Below are positions 31,968 through 43,055 of a stretch of DNA of 64,000 nucleotides, piece after piece. This DNA comes from an uncultured Chloroflexia bacterium (lineage in GTDB: Bacteria; Chloroflexota; Limnocylindria; Limnocylindrales; CSP1-4), in contig CAVTPA010000001.1 of the NCBI GenBank assembly GCA_963736545.1, positions 3,372,734 through 3,436,733 of the forward strand, in the 5' to 3' direction. The translations under genes and the position numbers were made by a program. Under the pieces are notes generated by a model. It was given only the letters and a program-made list of their open reading frames with translations. It did no database searches and had not been told where the DNA came from. Numbering within the stretch: the first letter of the stretch is position 1; every line of letters begins with the position of its first letter.

Positions 31968-33625
31968 CGGCGTCGTCGAAGGGTCGCCTGAAGGCTCCGG
32001 CCGGTCGTCTTCCCCGGCCGCGCGCTCGGGCGGGAGCGTGGGCGCGGCCTCGGGCGCGGGCGTGGGCGCGGCCTCGGGCGCGGGCTCGGGCGTGGGCTCG
32101 GGCGCGGCCGGGAGCGCAGGCGTGGCAGGAGCGCAGGCGTGGCCGGGAGCGCAGGCGTGGCCGGGAGCGCGGTCGCGGCCGCGGGCCCCGGATCGGGCGC
32201 GGGCGCCGGCAGGGCTTCCGCCGCCGCGGACGCGGGTTCGGCCGTCGGCGAGCGGGGGGCCGGCAGGGGGGTCGTTCCCCGGAGCTCCGCGACGCTGTAG
32301 GCGGCGGTGGCGGTGGACCACGTGGCCGAGACCTCGACCCGCGTCGCCAGGACGAGCCGCGTGAGACCCGACCCGAGCATGAGGATCGCGAACGCGATGA
32401 AGCCCGCCGGCGCCCCGAGCAACAGGGGCGGCACCGCCAGCACGCCGGCCGAGGCGAACTGCCCCGCCGTGACGCCCACGGCCGACCCCGCCACGAAGCG
32501 GCTCTGGGCGCCGATCAGGTCGACGCCGCCGGTCAGCCGCAGGAGGCGTTCGTTCGCCGAGAGCGTCCCGGAGGACGCACCGGCCGAGATGACGACCGCC
32601 ACGACCAGCAGGATCGGCCACGCGGCAGGGTTGCCGGGGAACGCGAGGAGCGCAAGGAGGATGCCTCCGCCGCGCAGGACGAACGAGAGGCGGAGCGTGC
32701 GCGACGCCGAGCCCCGGCTCAGCAGGCCCCCGACGAGCGTCGCCGTGACGAGCGACGCGGCCGACGAGACGGCGGACAGCAGGATGGCGAAGCTCGCCGG
32801 CGCGTCGAGCACGCTCATGGCGTAGATGGAGAGGTACGGGCCGAACCCCGCCCCGGCAGCCGCCAGGGCGATGACGCGGATGAACCGCTGCGTCTCGGGG
32901 TTGGGCGGCGGGCGCTCCCCGCGACGGGCGACCCGCACGCGGCCGGGGTGGCGGAGATGCAGCACGGCAGCCACCTCGCCGAGGCCCGCGAAGCCGGCGG
33001 CGATGAAGACCGCCGCGTAGACCGCCAGCCCGACGGTGTCGAGCCCCGCCTGGACGCCCAGGGCGACCGGGAGGAGGAGCGCGGCGCCCAGGCCCTGGGT
33101 GATGCCCATGACGCGGGGTGCGACGAAGCGCCGCTCGGGCTCGAGCAGGATCGCGCCGTACCAGGCGAGGAGGTTCGTCCCGCCGATCGCGCTCGCCGCC
33201 CCGCCGAGCGACATGACGGCAGCCACCCCGACGATCGCGGCCGGTGCGGGCAGGACCCCGAGCACGTGGAGGAGGACGATCGTCGCGAGGAGGAACCCCC
33301 GCGTCTCGCCGACCACGAGGATCGCGACGGTGACCCCGCGGAGGTTGCCGTCGGTGCGCCGGAGGAGCGAGGGCACGAGGAGCTGCGCCGCGGAGAACGT
33401 GAACGGGAGGACGCCGATGACCGTGGCGAGCGCCGGCGGCGCGCCGAGGGCGAGGAGGAGCGGGATGGTCAGGCCGTCGCCGGCGAGGGCGAAGACCGCC
33501 GCGGAGCCGACGCCGATCCCCTGGTACGGCCGGTACCGGCGATCCCCGAAGGCACGCCACTCGTCGACGGCGAGCCGCGCCCCGGACGGCAGTCGCGGGC
33601 GGCGAGGGGAGGGGAGCGTGGGCAC
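31778..33625 (-). CDS. MFS-like transporter with an abnormal low-complexity C-terminal extension
   Basis: About 12 TM helices up to ~32290. The tail (ALPATP)n/(RP)n reads through repeats, so the true end is uncertain. Confidence 0.7.
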   Translation of the reverse strand: MPTLPSPRRPRLPSGARLAVDEWRAFGDRRYRPYQGIGVGSAAVFALAGDGLTIPLLLALGAPPALATVIGVLPFTFSAAQLLVPSLLRRTDGNLRGVTVAILVVGETRGFLLATIVLLHVLGVLPAPAAIVGVAAVMSLGGAASAIGGTNLLAWYGAILLEPERRFVAPRVMGITQGLGAALLLPVALGVQAGLDTVGLAVYAAVFIAAGFAGLGEVAAVLHLRHPGRVRVARRGERPPPNPETQRFIRVIALAAAGAGFGPYLSIYAMSVLDAPASFAILLSAVSSAASLVTATLVGGLLSRGSASRTLRLSFVLRGGGILLALLAFPGNPAAWPILLVVAVVISAGASSGTLSANERLLRLTGGVDLIGAQSRFVAGSAVGVTAGQFASAGVLAVPPLLLGAPAGFIAFAILMLGSGLTRLVLATRVEVSATWSTATAAYSVAELRGTTPLPAPRSPTAEPASAAAEALPAPAPDPGPAAATALPATPALPATPALLPRLRSRPRPSPRPSPRPRPRPRPRPRPRPRSRPSARPGKTTGRSLQATLRRRRINRTISRCRTCARAPSRGSRGTSHDTSPSADDAAHARADRSPPSRLSEATLGTPDGSNLCLR

Positions 33626-33676
33626 GGCCAGATGGTACGCGGGCGACGCACTGGACCGGCGTGCGACGATGGCTCC

Positions 33677-34405
33677 ATGCGCCGCGTGGCGTTCCTGCTC
33701 CTCGTCGTCGCCCTCGCCGGCTGCGGATCGGACGGGCCTGGTGCCGGCGAAACGGCGGCGTCCGTTGGCGATTCACAGATGCTCACCTGCGGCGACGACA
33801 TGGTGTTTGCCGCGTCGATGCTCGCGACTCCGCCCGGCGCGGAACGCGGCGTGGGTCCCCAGTACGAGGCGCTGCGCGACGGGCTCGCGCTCTTCGCTGC
33901 GGAGGGAGGGCTCGTGCCGACCACCGGCTGGCGGGTCGTCGCGAGCAACGCGACGCGGATCCTCTTCGTCGCCGACGTCCCCGGGGCTGCCTCGCCGGAG
34001 TGGTGGAGCATAGGGGTGGAGCTGCACGACGGCCGCTGGGAGTGGGCCGGGGGAGGGACCTGCAACCTCCGCGTCGTCCTGGGGCCAGGGATCCGCCCGG
34101 CCGAGTGGGCGCCCGACCCTGCGTTCGCAGCACCCGGTCCAGCTGCCACGTCGGTGCACGTCCTCGTGTGGGAGATGGACTGTACGAGCGGCCAGCCGGC
34201 CACCGGCCGGGTCACGGGGCCGATCGTCGGCTACGGTGCGGACGCCGTCACGATCACCTTCGGTGTGCGGCCATTGCCAGCCCAGAACCAGACCTGCCCG
34301 GGCAATCCGCCGACACCGGTCGTCGTGGAGCTCGCCGAGCCCTTGGGTGACCGTGAGCTGCTCGACGGCGGGACCTTCCCGGCCGGACCGCCGGACGCGC
34401 CGTAG
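33677..34405 (+). CDS. Hypothetical lipoprotein
   Basis: MRRVAFLLLVVALAGC lipobox, paired cysteines, C-terminal CPGNP..PVVVELAEPLGDRELLDG. Confidence 0.75.
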   Translation: MRRVAFLLLVVALAGCGSDGPGAGETAASVGDSQMLTCGDDMVFAASMLATPPGAERGVGPQYEALRDGLALFAAEGGLVPTTGWRVVASNATRILFVADVPGAASPEWWSIGVELHDGRWEWAGGGTCNLRVVLGPGIRPAEWAPDPAFAAPGPAATSVHVLVWEMDCTSGQPATGRVTGPIVGYGADAVTITFGVRPLPAQNQTCPGNPPTPVVVELAEPLGDRELLDGGTFPAGPPDAP

Positions 34406-34471
34406 CAGGGAGTTCGCCCGGGACCCTCGGCGCTCATCGCGGGAGCCCGGCCATCCCGGTGCCCGTGGCGC

Positions 34472-34933
34472 TCAGTCGATCGTGATCGTGACCCCCGAGC
34501 CGTCCTCGTCGGTCACGTCGACGATCGGCCCGCGCATGCCGGTCCGGAGGGCCTCCCGGACCCGGTCGGCGTAGTCGACGGGGATCCCGGGAATGGCGCC
34601 GGCGAGCTCGGCCAGGACGCCGGGAAGCTGGAGGTCCACGGCCGTCCTGCCGCCGTCGCGCACCTGGACGCGCAGGCGGCGCGGGGGCCCGGACGGCGCC
34701 GTGGCGCCACGCCCGGCATGGAGCCCGGGAGAGACATTCGCGTTCACGTCAAACCCGAAGCGCGCGCCGCCGGCCGCGGACCGGGCGGCTTCACGGGCGG
34801 CGTCGCCCGCGGCGGAGGCCCGGGCGGCGGCGTCGCGCGCCGCGGCGAGCGCCTCGATGATCGGCGCGGCCTCGTCCGGCGTCAGCCGGCCCTCGGCGAC
34901 GAGGCGAAGGACGTCGTCGAGTGGATCAGCCAT
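34472..34933 (-). CDS. YvlB/LiaX N-terminal-like (SHOCT-like) protein
   Basis: DDVLRLVAEGRLTPDEAAPIIEAL, C-terminal IVDVTDEDGSGVTITID. Confidence 0.75.
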   Translation of the reverse strand: MADPLDDVLRLVAEGRLTPDEAAPIIEALAAARDAAARASAAGDAAREAARSAAGGARFGFDVNANVSPGLHAGRGATAPSGPPRRLRVQVRDGGRTAVDLQLPGVLAELAGAIPGIPVDYADRVREALRTGMRGPIVDVTDEDGSGVTITID

Positions 34934-36110
34934 CGGAGTGGACCGGGTTGGCCGCATGGCCGGTCTGCTGCGGGGGCGTGGCGGCCGGGTCGGGCATCGC
35001 GCCCAGCCGGCGCTCGGCCTCGAGGACGTCGATCTCGCCGCGGGCGAGCGCTTCGAGGACGTCGAGCGTCGGGTCTCCGGCGGCAGCCGATCGGGCGGGT
35101 GCCGACCGGGCGGGTGCCGGTTGCGTCGGCGCCTCCTGGCGCGGGTCCATTGCGCTTGGCTCGACCGGGCCGGTGGACGGCGTCGGCACGACCGGCGGGG
35201 TCGACGCGGCCGTCGGCACGACCGTCGGCACAGGCGGGATCGGCGGCGTCGGCACGACCGGCGGGGTCGGCGGGGTCGGCGGGGTCGGCGCGACCGACGG
35301 TCCGGGGGCTGGCGCCGTGCGCACCTTCACGTCGCCCGACATCGAGCGGACCGCGAGGCGGGCGGCGCCATCCCCGACGACGAGCGGCTGACGGCGTCCG
35401 TCGCCCGAGCGGCGGTCGGGGTGCCGGCAGTCGACGTCGCCCGAGACGGACTTCGAGGACAGCGTGAGGCCGCCGGCGAGCCCGAGCTCGACGTCGCCCG
35501 AGATCGTCGAGATCGCGTGGTCGACTCCGGGTCCGAAGGCCCCCACGAGCTCGACGTCGCCGCTGACGGTCTCGATCGCGACCAGGTCGAAGCGCGGCGC
35601 ACGGATCCGCACGTCGCCCGCCACCGACCGGGCCTCGACCCGGACCGGGGCGACGGCCTCGACGTGCAGGTCGCCCGAGGCGAGGCTGGCCGTGACCTCG
35701 CCGGCGGTTCGCTTGATCGAGACGTCGCCGCTCGCGGTCTTCACGCTGACGCCGCCGCGGACGTCGCGGATGGCGACGTCGCCGGCCGTGGCGTGGACCT
35801 CCACGCGGGCGTCCTGCGGGACCTCCAGCTCGATCGTGCCGGCGATCGTCATGCCGATCCCGTGGCCGCCGATGCGGAGGCCGAACGTCGCGAAGCGGGC
35901 GGCCCGCCCCGAGCGGACGACGAACCGCCCGGGCTCGGCGGTCGTCTCCAGCCCGGCACCGCCGGCGGGCGCAACGACACGGGCGGTGGTGCCGGCAACG
36001 CCGCGGATGCGGACGTCGTCGGCCTCGACGGCAACGACGATCGTGCCTCTCGGCCCGATGTCGTGCTGACCGGGCCCCGGGGCCGCGGTGGGCTCGTGGT
36101 CGATCGCCAT
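34926..36110 (-). CDS. DUF4097 beta-strand repeat protein with Pro-rich linker and SHOCT-like tail
   Basis: Repeated T.SGDV motifs, PTPP linker, LDVLEALARGEIDVLEAERRL. Confidence 0.82.
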   Translation of the reverse strand: MAIDHEPTAAPGPGQHDIGPRGTIVVAVEADDVRIRGVAGTTARVVAPAGGAGLETTAEPGRFVVRSGRAARFATFGLRIGGHGIGMTIAGTIELEVPQDARVEVHATAGDVAIRDVRGGVSVKTASGDVSIKRTAGEVTASLASGDLHVEAVAPVRVEARSVAGDVRIRAPRFDLVAIETVSGDVELVGAFGPGVDHAISTISGDVELGLAGGLTLSSKSVSGDVDCRHPDRRSGDGRRQPLVVGDGAARLAVRSMSGDVKVRTAPAPGPSVAPTPPTPPTPPVVPTPPIPPVPTVVPTAASTPPVVPTPSTGPVEPSAMDPRQEAPTQPAPARSAPARSAAAGDPTLDVLEALARGEIDVLEAERRLGAMPDPAATPPQQTGHAANPVHSDG

Positions 36111-36111
36111 C

Positions 36112-36552
36112 TCAGCCTCCGAGCGCTCGCAGCTCGGTCGCGGCGGTCGCGGGGTCGATCTCGCGGCGGGCGAGTCGCTCCAGGACCACCCGCCGAGCCG
36201 CAGCCGCGTCGGCGGCCGGCCCGGTCGGTCCGGGCTCGGCGGCCTCGCCCTCGGACTCCGGGTCGGTCGGGACGCCGTCGTCCTCGCCGAGGCCGAGGGC
36301 CCGGAGCAGTGCGTCGACCCGGGCGCGGACGGTGGGATAGCTCACGCCGAGCTCGCGCTCCATCTCCTTGAGATTGCCGCGCGAGCGGAGGAAGCTCTCG
36401 AGCAGGGCGAACTGCTCGCGCGTGAGCCGGGCGAACCGGCCGACGTTGAAGTCGCCCTCGAGCGTCGTCCCGCAGCTCCGGCAGTGGAGTCGGGTGACGG
36501 CAAGCTCACCGCTGCAGATGGGGCAGGTGGCGATTGCGTCGTGCGGCATCAC
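36112..36552 (-). CDS. DUF2089 zinc-ribbon/HTH protein
   Basis: CPICSGELAVTRLHCRSCGTTLEG, GNLKEMERELGVSYPTVRARVD. Confidence 0.9.
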   Translation of the reverse strand: MMPHDAIATCPICSGELAVTRLHCRSCGTTLEGDFNVGRFARLTREQFALLESFLRSRGNLKEMERELGVSYPTVRARVDALLRALGLGEDDGVPTDPESEGEAAEPGPTGPAADAAAARRVVLERLARREIDPATAATELRALGG

Positions 36553-36695
36553 GCACGCTCCCGTCGGACCTGGCGCTCCGGCCGGTAGGCGCCGTCGGGT
36601 CGCCGGCGGTCGGCCCCGACCCGGACGCCGGCGCCGAGCTCGCGGCGGATCTGCTGGCTCCCCAGGCGGGGGAAGAGGATGCGGTACTCGTACAT
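36549..36695 (-). CDS. Putative 48-aa small protein leading the DUF2089 operon
   Basis: GAGGGG RBS, ATG 36695, stop overlaps the DUF2089 start, lies just downstream of the promoter. Confidence 0.45.
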   Translation of the reverse strand: MYEYRILFPRLGSQQIRRELGAGVRVGADRRRPDGAYRPERQVRRERA

Positions 36696-36740
36696 CGGGC
36701 TGGCCCCCTCGGGTTCGTGGTTCGCGAGTGCGATGGCCGA

Positions 36741-36787
36741 ATTGTTACCTGCTACTTCCAGATTGTCAAGTGGGATTTCACAATCTG
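36741..36787 (-). promoter_or_regulatory. Sigma70 promoter with an overlapping inverted-repeat operator
   Basis: Minus strand TTGACA-17-AACAAT. Inverted repeat cagattgtcaa-7-ttcacaatctg (10/11) covers the -35. Confidence 0.7.
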
Positions 36788-36961
36788 TATTTCGGGCGTG
36801 AAAGAGCACATGGCAGGAGCATCTCGACTGCATGCGCTCGGGAGCCCGACGGACGGTGCATGTGGCCGTCCCACGAGCCGGTGCCGCCGAGACCCGGCGG
36901 CTGGCCGCGCGTCCCGTCATCGTCTACGCTGCCGGCGTCAGGCTTCGCCAAGGCAGTCGAC

Positions 36962-39900
36962 GTGATCTGTTCCGGCTGCGGCACCGACTCCAGGCCCGGG
37001 CGCAGGTTCTGCGCGGCATGTGGCCGTCCCCTGGCGGCGTCATGCGCCGTCTGCGGGGCGCCGGGCGACCCTGCCGATCGGTATTGCGGCGCGTGCGGCG
37101 CCGAGCTGGGCGCGGAGCGGGGCTCCGGCCAGCTCGCCGGCCCGGCCCGGTCCCCGGCGGCGCGACCGGCCCCGTCCCCGGCGGAGCGGCGGCTCGTGAC
37201 GGTCCTGTTCGTCGACCTGGTCGGCTTCACCCCGTTTGCGGAGGAGCGCGACGCCGAGGTGGTGCGCGAGACGCTGGAGCGCTACGCCGACGTTGCAGGG
37301 ACCGTGATCGCCCGCCACGGCGGGACGGTCGAGAAGTTCATCGGCGACGCCGTGATGGCGGTGTGGGGAACGCCGGTGGCCCACGAGGACGACGCCGAGC
37401 GGGCCGTCCGAGCCGGCCTCGATCTCGTGGAGGCGGTCCCCACGCTCGAGTCCGCTTTCGCCGCTCGCGCCGGGATCACCACGGGCGAGGCCGCGGTCAC
37501 GGTCGGGGCCACGGGCCAGGGGCTCGTCGCCGGCGACCTCGTCAACACGGCCTCGCGCCTGCAGGGCGCCGCCCCGGTGGGCACCGTCCTCGTGGGCGAG
37601 GCAACGCGTCGGGCAGCCTCCCGGGCGATCGTCTTCGAGCCGGTCGACGAGCAGCACCTCCGGGGCAAGGCCCTCCCCGTGGCGGCGTGGCGCGCGGTCC
37701 GTGTCGTGGCCGAGCTCGGCGGGAAGAACCGGCGCCAGATGCTGGAGGCGCCCTTCGTGGGGCGGACCGACGAGCTCCGTCTGCTCAAGGACCTCCTCCA
37801 CGCCACCGGGCGCGAGCAGCGCGCCCGCCTCGTGTCGGTCGTCGGGCCCGCCGGGATCGGGAAGAGCCGCCTCGCCTGGGAGCTCTCGAAGTACGCCGAC
37901 GGGCTGGTGGAGGACACCTGGTGGCATGTCGGCCGGTGTCCGGCCTACGGGGATGGGGTCGCGTTCTGGGCCCTGGGCGAGATGGTCCGCGAGCGGGTCG
38001 GGCTCCTCGAGACCGACGACGAGGCGACCACGCGGGCGAGGGTCGGCGAGGCTGTCCAGGAGTGGATTGCGGACGACGGCGAGCGGAGCTGGATCGAGCC
38101 GGCCCTGCTCACCCTGCTCGGGATCGAGACGGGGGCGGCGGCCCCCGAGCAGTTGTTCGGTGCCTGGCGGACGTTCTTCGAACGGATCGCGGCGCGGGGC
38201 ACCGTCGTCCTTGTCTTCGAGGAGCTGCACCACGCCGACCAGGGTCTCCTCGACTTCATCGACCACCTGCTGGAGTGGAGCCGGGCGCTCCCCGTCTTCG
38301 TGTTGACGCTCGCCCGCCCGGAGCTCCTTGAGCGACGCCCTGGGTGGGGCGCCGGCAAGCGAAGCTTCGCCTCGATCTCCCTGGAGCCGCTGCCCGTCAC
38401 GGCGATGCGCGCGCTCCTGGAGGGCCTGGTCCCCGGCCTGCCGCGGGCTGCCGCGAGCTCGATCGTGGCCCGGGCTGACGGCGTGCCGCTCTACGCCGTC
38501 GAGATCGTCCGCATGCTCCTCGACGACGGGAAGCTCACGGTGACCGACGGCGCCTACCGCCCGACCGGGGATCTCGCCGGCCTGGCCGTGCCCGAGACGC
38601 TGACCGAGCTGGTCGCGGCACGCCTCGACACGCTGGCGACTGAAGAGCGCGGTCTCGTGGCGGACGCGGCGGTGCTCGGCCAGGGCTTCACGACGGCCGC
38701 CCTCGCGGCCGTGAGCGGGGTCGGGGAGGGCGCTCTCGAGCCGCTGCTGGCGGTGCTCGTGCGGCGCGAGCTCCTCACCCTGGTCACGGATCCGCGCAGC
38801 CCGGAGCGCGGCCAGCATGCCTTCGTGCAGGCCCTCGTCCGCGAGGTCGCGTACAACACCCTGTCGCGGCGGGACCGGACGGTCCGCCACCTGGCCGCGG
38901 CGCGCTACTTCGAATCCCTGGGGACGGACGAGGTTGCCGGCGCATTCGCCGCCCATTACCTGGCCGCGTATCGAAACGTGCCGCCCGGTCCCGAGGCCGA
39001 CGCCCTGGCGTCCCACGTCCGGATCGCCCTGCGAACGGCGGCCGAGCGGGCGGCGAGCCTCGGTTCGCTCGACCAGGCCATCGCCATCGCCGAGCAGGCC
39101 CTGGCCGTGACGGACGACCCGGTCGAGCAGGCGGGGCTGCTCGAGCTGGCGGGCCAGGCTGCCTCGGCCGCGGCGCACCACGAGCGGGCGGTAGAGCTCC
39201 TGCGGCGGGCCGTCGCGCTGCACCGGGCGCGGGGCGATCGAGGTGCCGTGGCGCGGGCGACTGCCAGCCTTGGCTACATCCTGCTGGACGCCTGGCGCAC
39301 CGACGAGGCCCTCGCGCTCCTCGAGTCGGCGGCGACCGAGCTTGCCGACCTCGTGGACGATCCCGGCGCCCTCGCGGTCGGCGGTCAGCTCGCCCGGGCA
39401 CGCTTCCTTGCCGGCGTGTACCGCGAGACGGTCGAAGTCGCCGACATCGTCCTGGAGGCGGCCGAGCGGCTCGACCTGCTCCCGATCCTCGCCGACACGC
39501 TCATCACGAAGGGATCGGCGCTGGGCGAGCTGGGCCGGCCTCGGGAGGGGATTGCCCTCCTCAAGGCGGGCCTGGAGCTCGCCGAGTCCGGTGGCCTCCA
39601 GGTGGCCGCCTTCCGGGCGCGTGTCAACCTCGGTGGCGCCCTGTTCGACTTCGACCCCGGCGCCAGCCTGCTCCTGTCCCGGGAGAACCTCGCGACGAGT
39701 CGGCGGCTCGGGCGACGGGACGCGACGGTGGCCTACAACGCGGCCTGGTTGGCCACGTGGTGCGGCGATTGGGACTGGGCGCTCGACGAGGTCGACGACT
39801 TCCTCGGCGCGGACCTCGACCGCGAGGATCGCGCGCTGATGGTCAGTCTCCAGGTCTGGATAGCGTCATGGCGAGGCGAGGCGGTGGAAGCCGGGATCAC

Positions 39901-40480
39901 CGTGCTGGAGCGGCTCGCGGCCGGGCTCACGACCCCGCCGATGGCCAGCGGATACCATGAAGCGCGCGCCCAGGTCGCCCTGGCGGCCGGCCGCCTCGCG
40001 GAAGCCCGGGACGAGGCCAGCGAAGCCAGCCGGTACACGCCCGCGGCGCCCGACGTCCTGCGGCTCGCCGCGCGCGCCGCGCTGTGGTGCCGGGATGGGG
40101 ACGGGTCAAGGGCGGCCCTCGAAGCCCTCGAGTCGGTCGGGGCGCACGGCCTGGTCGTCGACGCCGCCGGGGTCACGATCCGCGCCGGGCTCGCCGCCCT
40201 CGACGGGCGCCCCGACGACGCCGTCCGTGCCTATCGCGGCGTGCTCGGCCGCTGGCGCGACCTCGGCCTGCCGCTCGACGAGGCGTTCACCGCGATCGAG
40301 ATGGCGACGCTGCTCGATCCCGCCACGCCGGAGGTGGCTGCCGCGGCCGAGCGGGCCCGCGAGATCCTCGTCCCGCTGCGGGCGCAGCCCTTCCTGGACC
40401 GCCTGGAGGCCGCCATGGCGGGGCGGCTGCAGGTCGTCACGGGCGGCCCGCGTGTCACCGCGGAGACGCCGCGGGCGTAG
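36962..40480 (+). CDS. Double zinc ribbon + class III adenylate/guanylate cyclase + AAA ATPase + TPR protein
   Basis: Four CxxC pairs, VLFVDLVGFT, EKFIGDAVMA, GDLVNTASRLQ, GPAGIGKS, helical C-terminus. Confidence 0.92.
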   Translation: MICSGCGTDSRPGRRFCAACGRPLAASCAVCGAPGDPADRYCGACGAELGAERGSGQLAGPARSPAARPAPSPAERRLVTVLFVDLVGFTPFAEERDAEVVRETLERYADVAGTVIARHGGTVEKFIGDAVMAVWGTPVAHEDDAERAVRAGLDLVEAVPTLESAFAARAGITTGEAAVTVGATGQGLVAGDLVNTASRLQGAAPVGTVLVGEATRRAASRAIVFEPVDEQHLRGKALPVAAWRAVRVVAELGGKNRRQMLEAPFVGRTDELRLLKDLLHATGREQRARLVSVVGPAGIGKSRLAWELSKYADGLVEDTWWHVGRCPAYGDGVAFWALGEMVRERVGLLETDDEATTRARVGEAVQEWIADDGERSWIEPALLTLLGIETGAAAPEQLFGAWRTFFERIAARGTVVLVFEELHHADQGLLDFIDHLLEWSRALPVFVLTLARPELLERRPGWGAGKRSFASISLEPLPVTAMRALLEGLVPGLPRAAASSIVARADGVPLYAVEIVRMLLDDGKLTVTDGAYRPTGDLAGLAVPETLTELVAARLDTLATEERGLVADAAVLGQGFTTAALAAVSGVGEGALEPLLAVLVRRELLTLVTDPRSPERGQHAFVQALVREVAYNTLSRRDRTVRHLAAARYFESLGTDEVAGAFAAHYLAAYRNVPPGPEADALASHVRIALRTAAERAASLGSLDQAIAIAEQALAVTDDPVEQAGLLELAGQAASAAAHHERAVELLRRAVALHRARGDRGAVARATASLGYILLDAWRTDEALALLESAATELADLVDDPGALAVGGQLARARFLAGVYRETVEVADIVLEAAERLDLLPILADTLITKGSALGELGRPREGIALLKAGLELAESGGLQVAAFRARVNLGGALFDFDPGASLLLSRENLATSRRLGRRDATVAYNAAWLATWCGDWDWALDEVDDFLGADLDREDRALMVSLQVWIASWRGEAVEAGITVLERLAAGLTTPPMASGYHEARAQVALAAGRLAEARDEASEASRYTPAAPDVLRLAARAALWCRDGDGSRAALEALESVGAHGLVVDAAGVTIRAGLAALDGRPDDAVRAYRGVLGRWRDLGLPLDEAFTAIEMATLLDPATPEVAAAAERAREILVPLRAQPFLDRLEAAMAGRLQVVTGGPRVTAETPRA

Positions 40481-40489
40481 CATCCGCGC

Positions 40490-42583
<2,094 letters not shown>

Positions 42584-42800
42584 GGTGGGCGCCCGGGTCG
42601 AGGCGGATCGTGCCGCCCTCCGGGACGTCCTTGACCGCGGTGACGACCTCGGTCGCCACCTGGCGACGCACTCCAGCCTTCCCGGTCCGCGCGGCAACTG
42701 GCGCAGCAGCCCCGATCCCGACGTCGCGGCCGGGCGGCACGCCAGGGGGTGCAGGCGTTGGCGCAGGCCCCGAGCCCCTCCTCGGCGCCGCGGCCGGGTC

Positions 42801-42974
42801 CGTTTGCGTTCAACTCCACACCCAGCTCGCGCGGCCCGCGGGACGGCAGGATTTCGTCGGTGGGACGCAAGGATCGTGCCGGCGAAGCCACGATCGGCCG
42901 GATCCTTGCGCCCGGCGTTCGCTGTCGTGCAGCCGAACCGGGTCCGGGAGCCGAGTGTTGAGCTCGGCGCAACG
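42801..42974. repeat. 174-bp element, family B copy 2
   Basis: cgtttgcgttcaactccacac...tcgtcggtgggacgcaaggatcg...ccgagtgttgagctcggcgcaacg aligns end to end with 24048-24221. Confidence 0.8.
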
Positions 42975-43055
42975 GGGTCGCCGGCCCGCCCACGCCCCCG
43001 GGTCCGGCACGTTGCTCGGGTCCGGCCCGCCCACGCTCCCAGGTCCGGAGCGGCC

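Noticed and set aside
35160-35300. Repeated ggcgtcggcacgacc units
   Set aside because: Explained as the Pro/Thr-rich linker of the DUF4097 protein.
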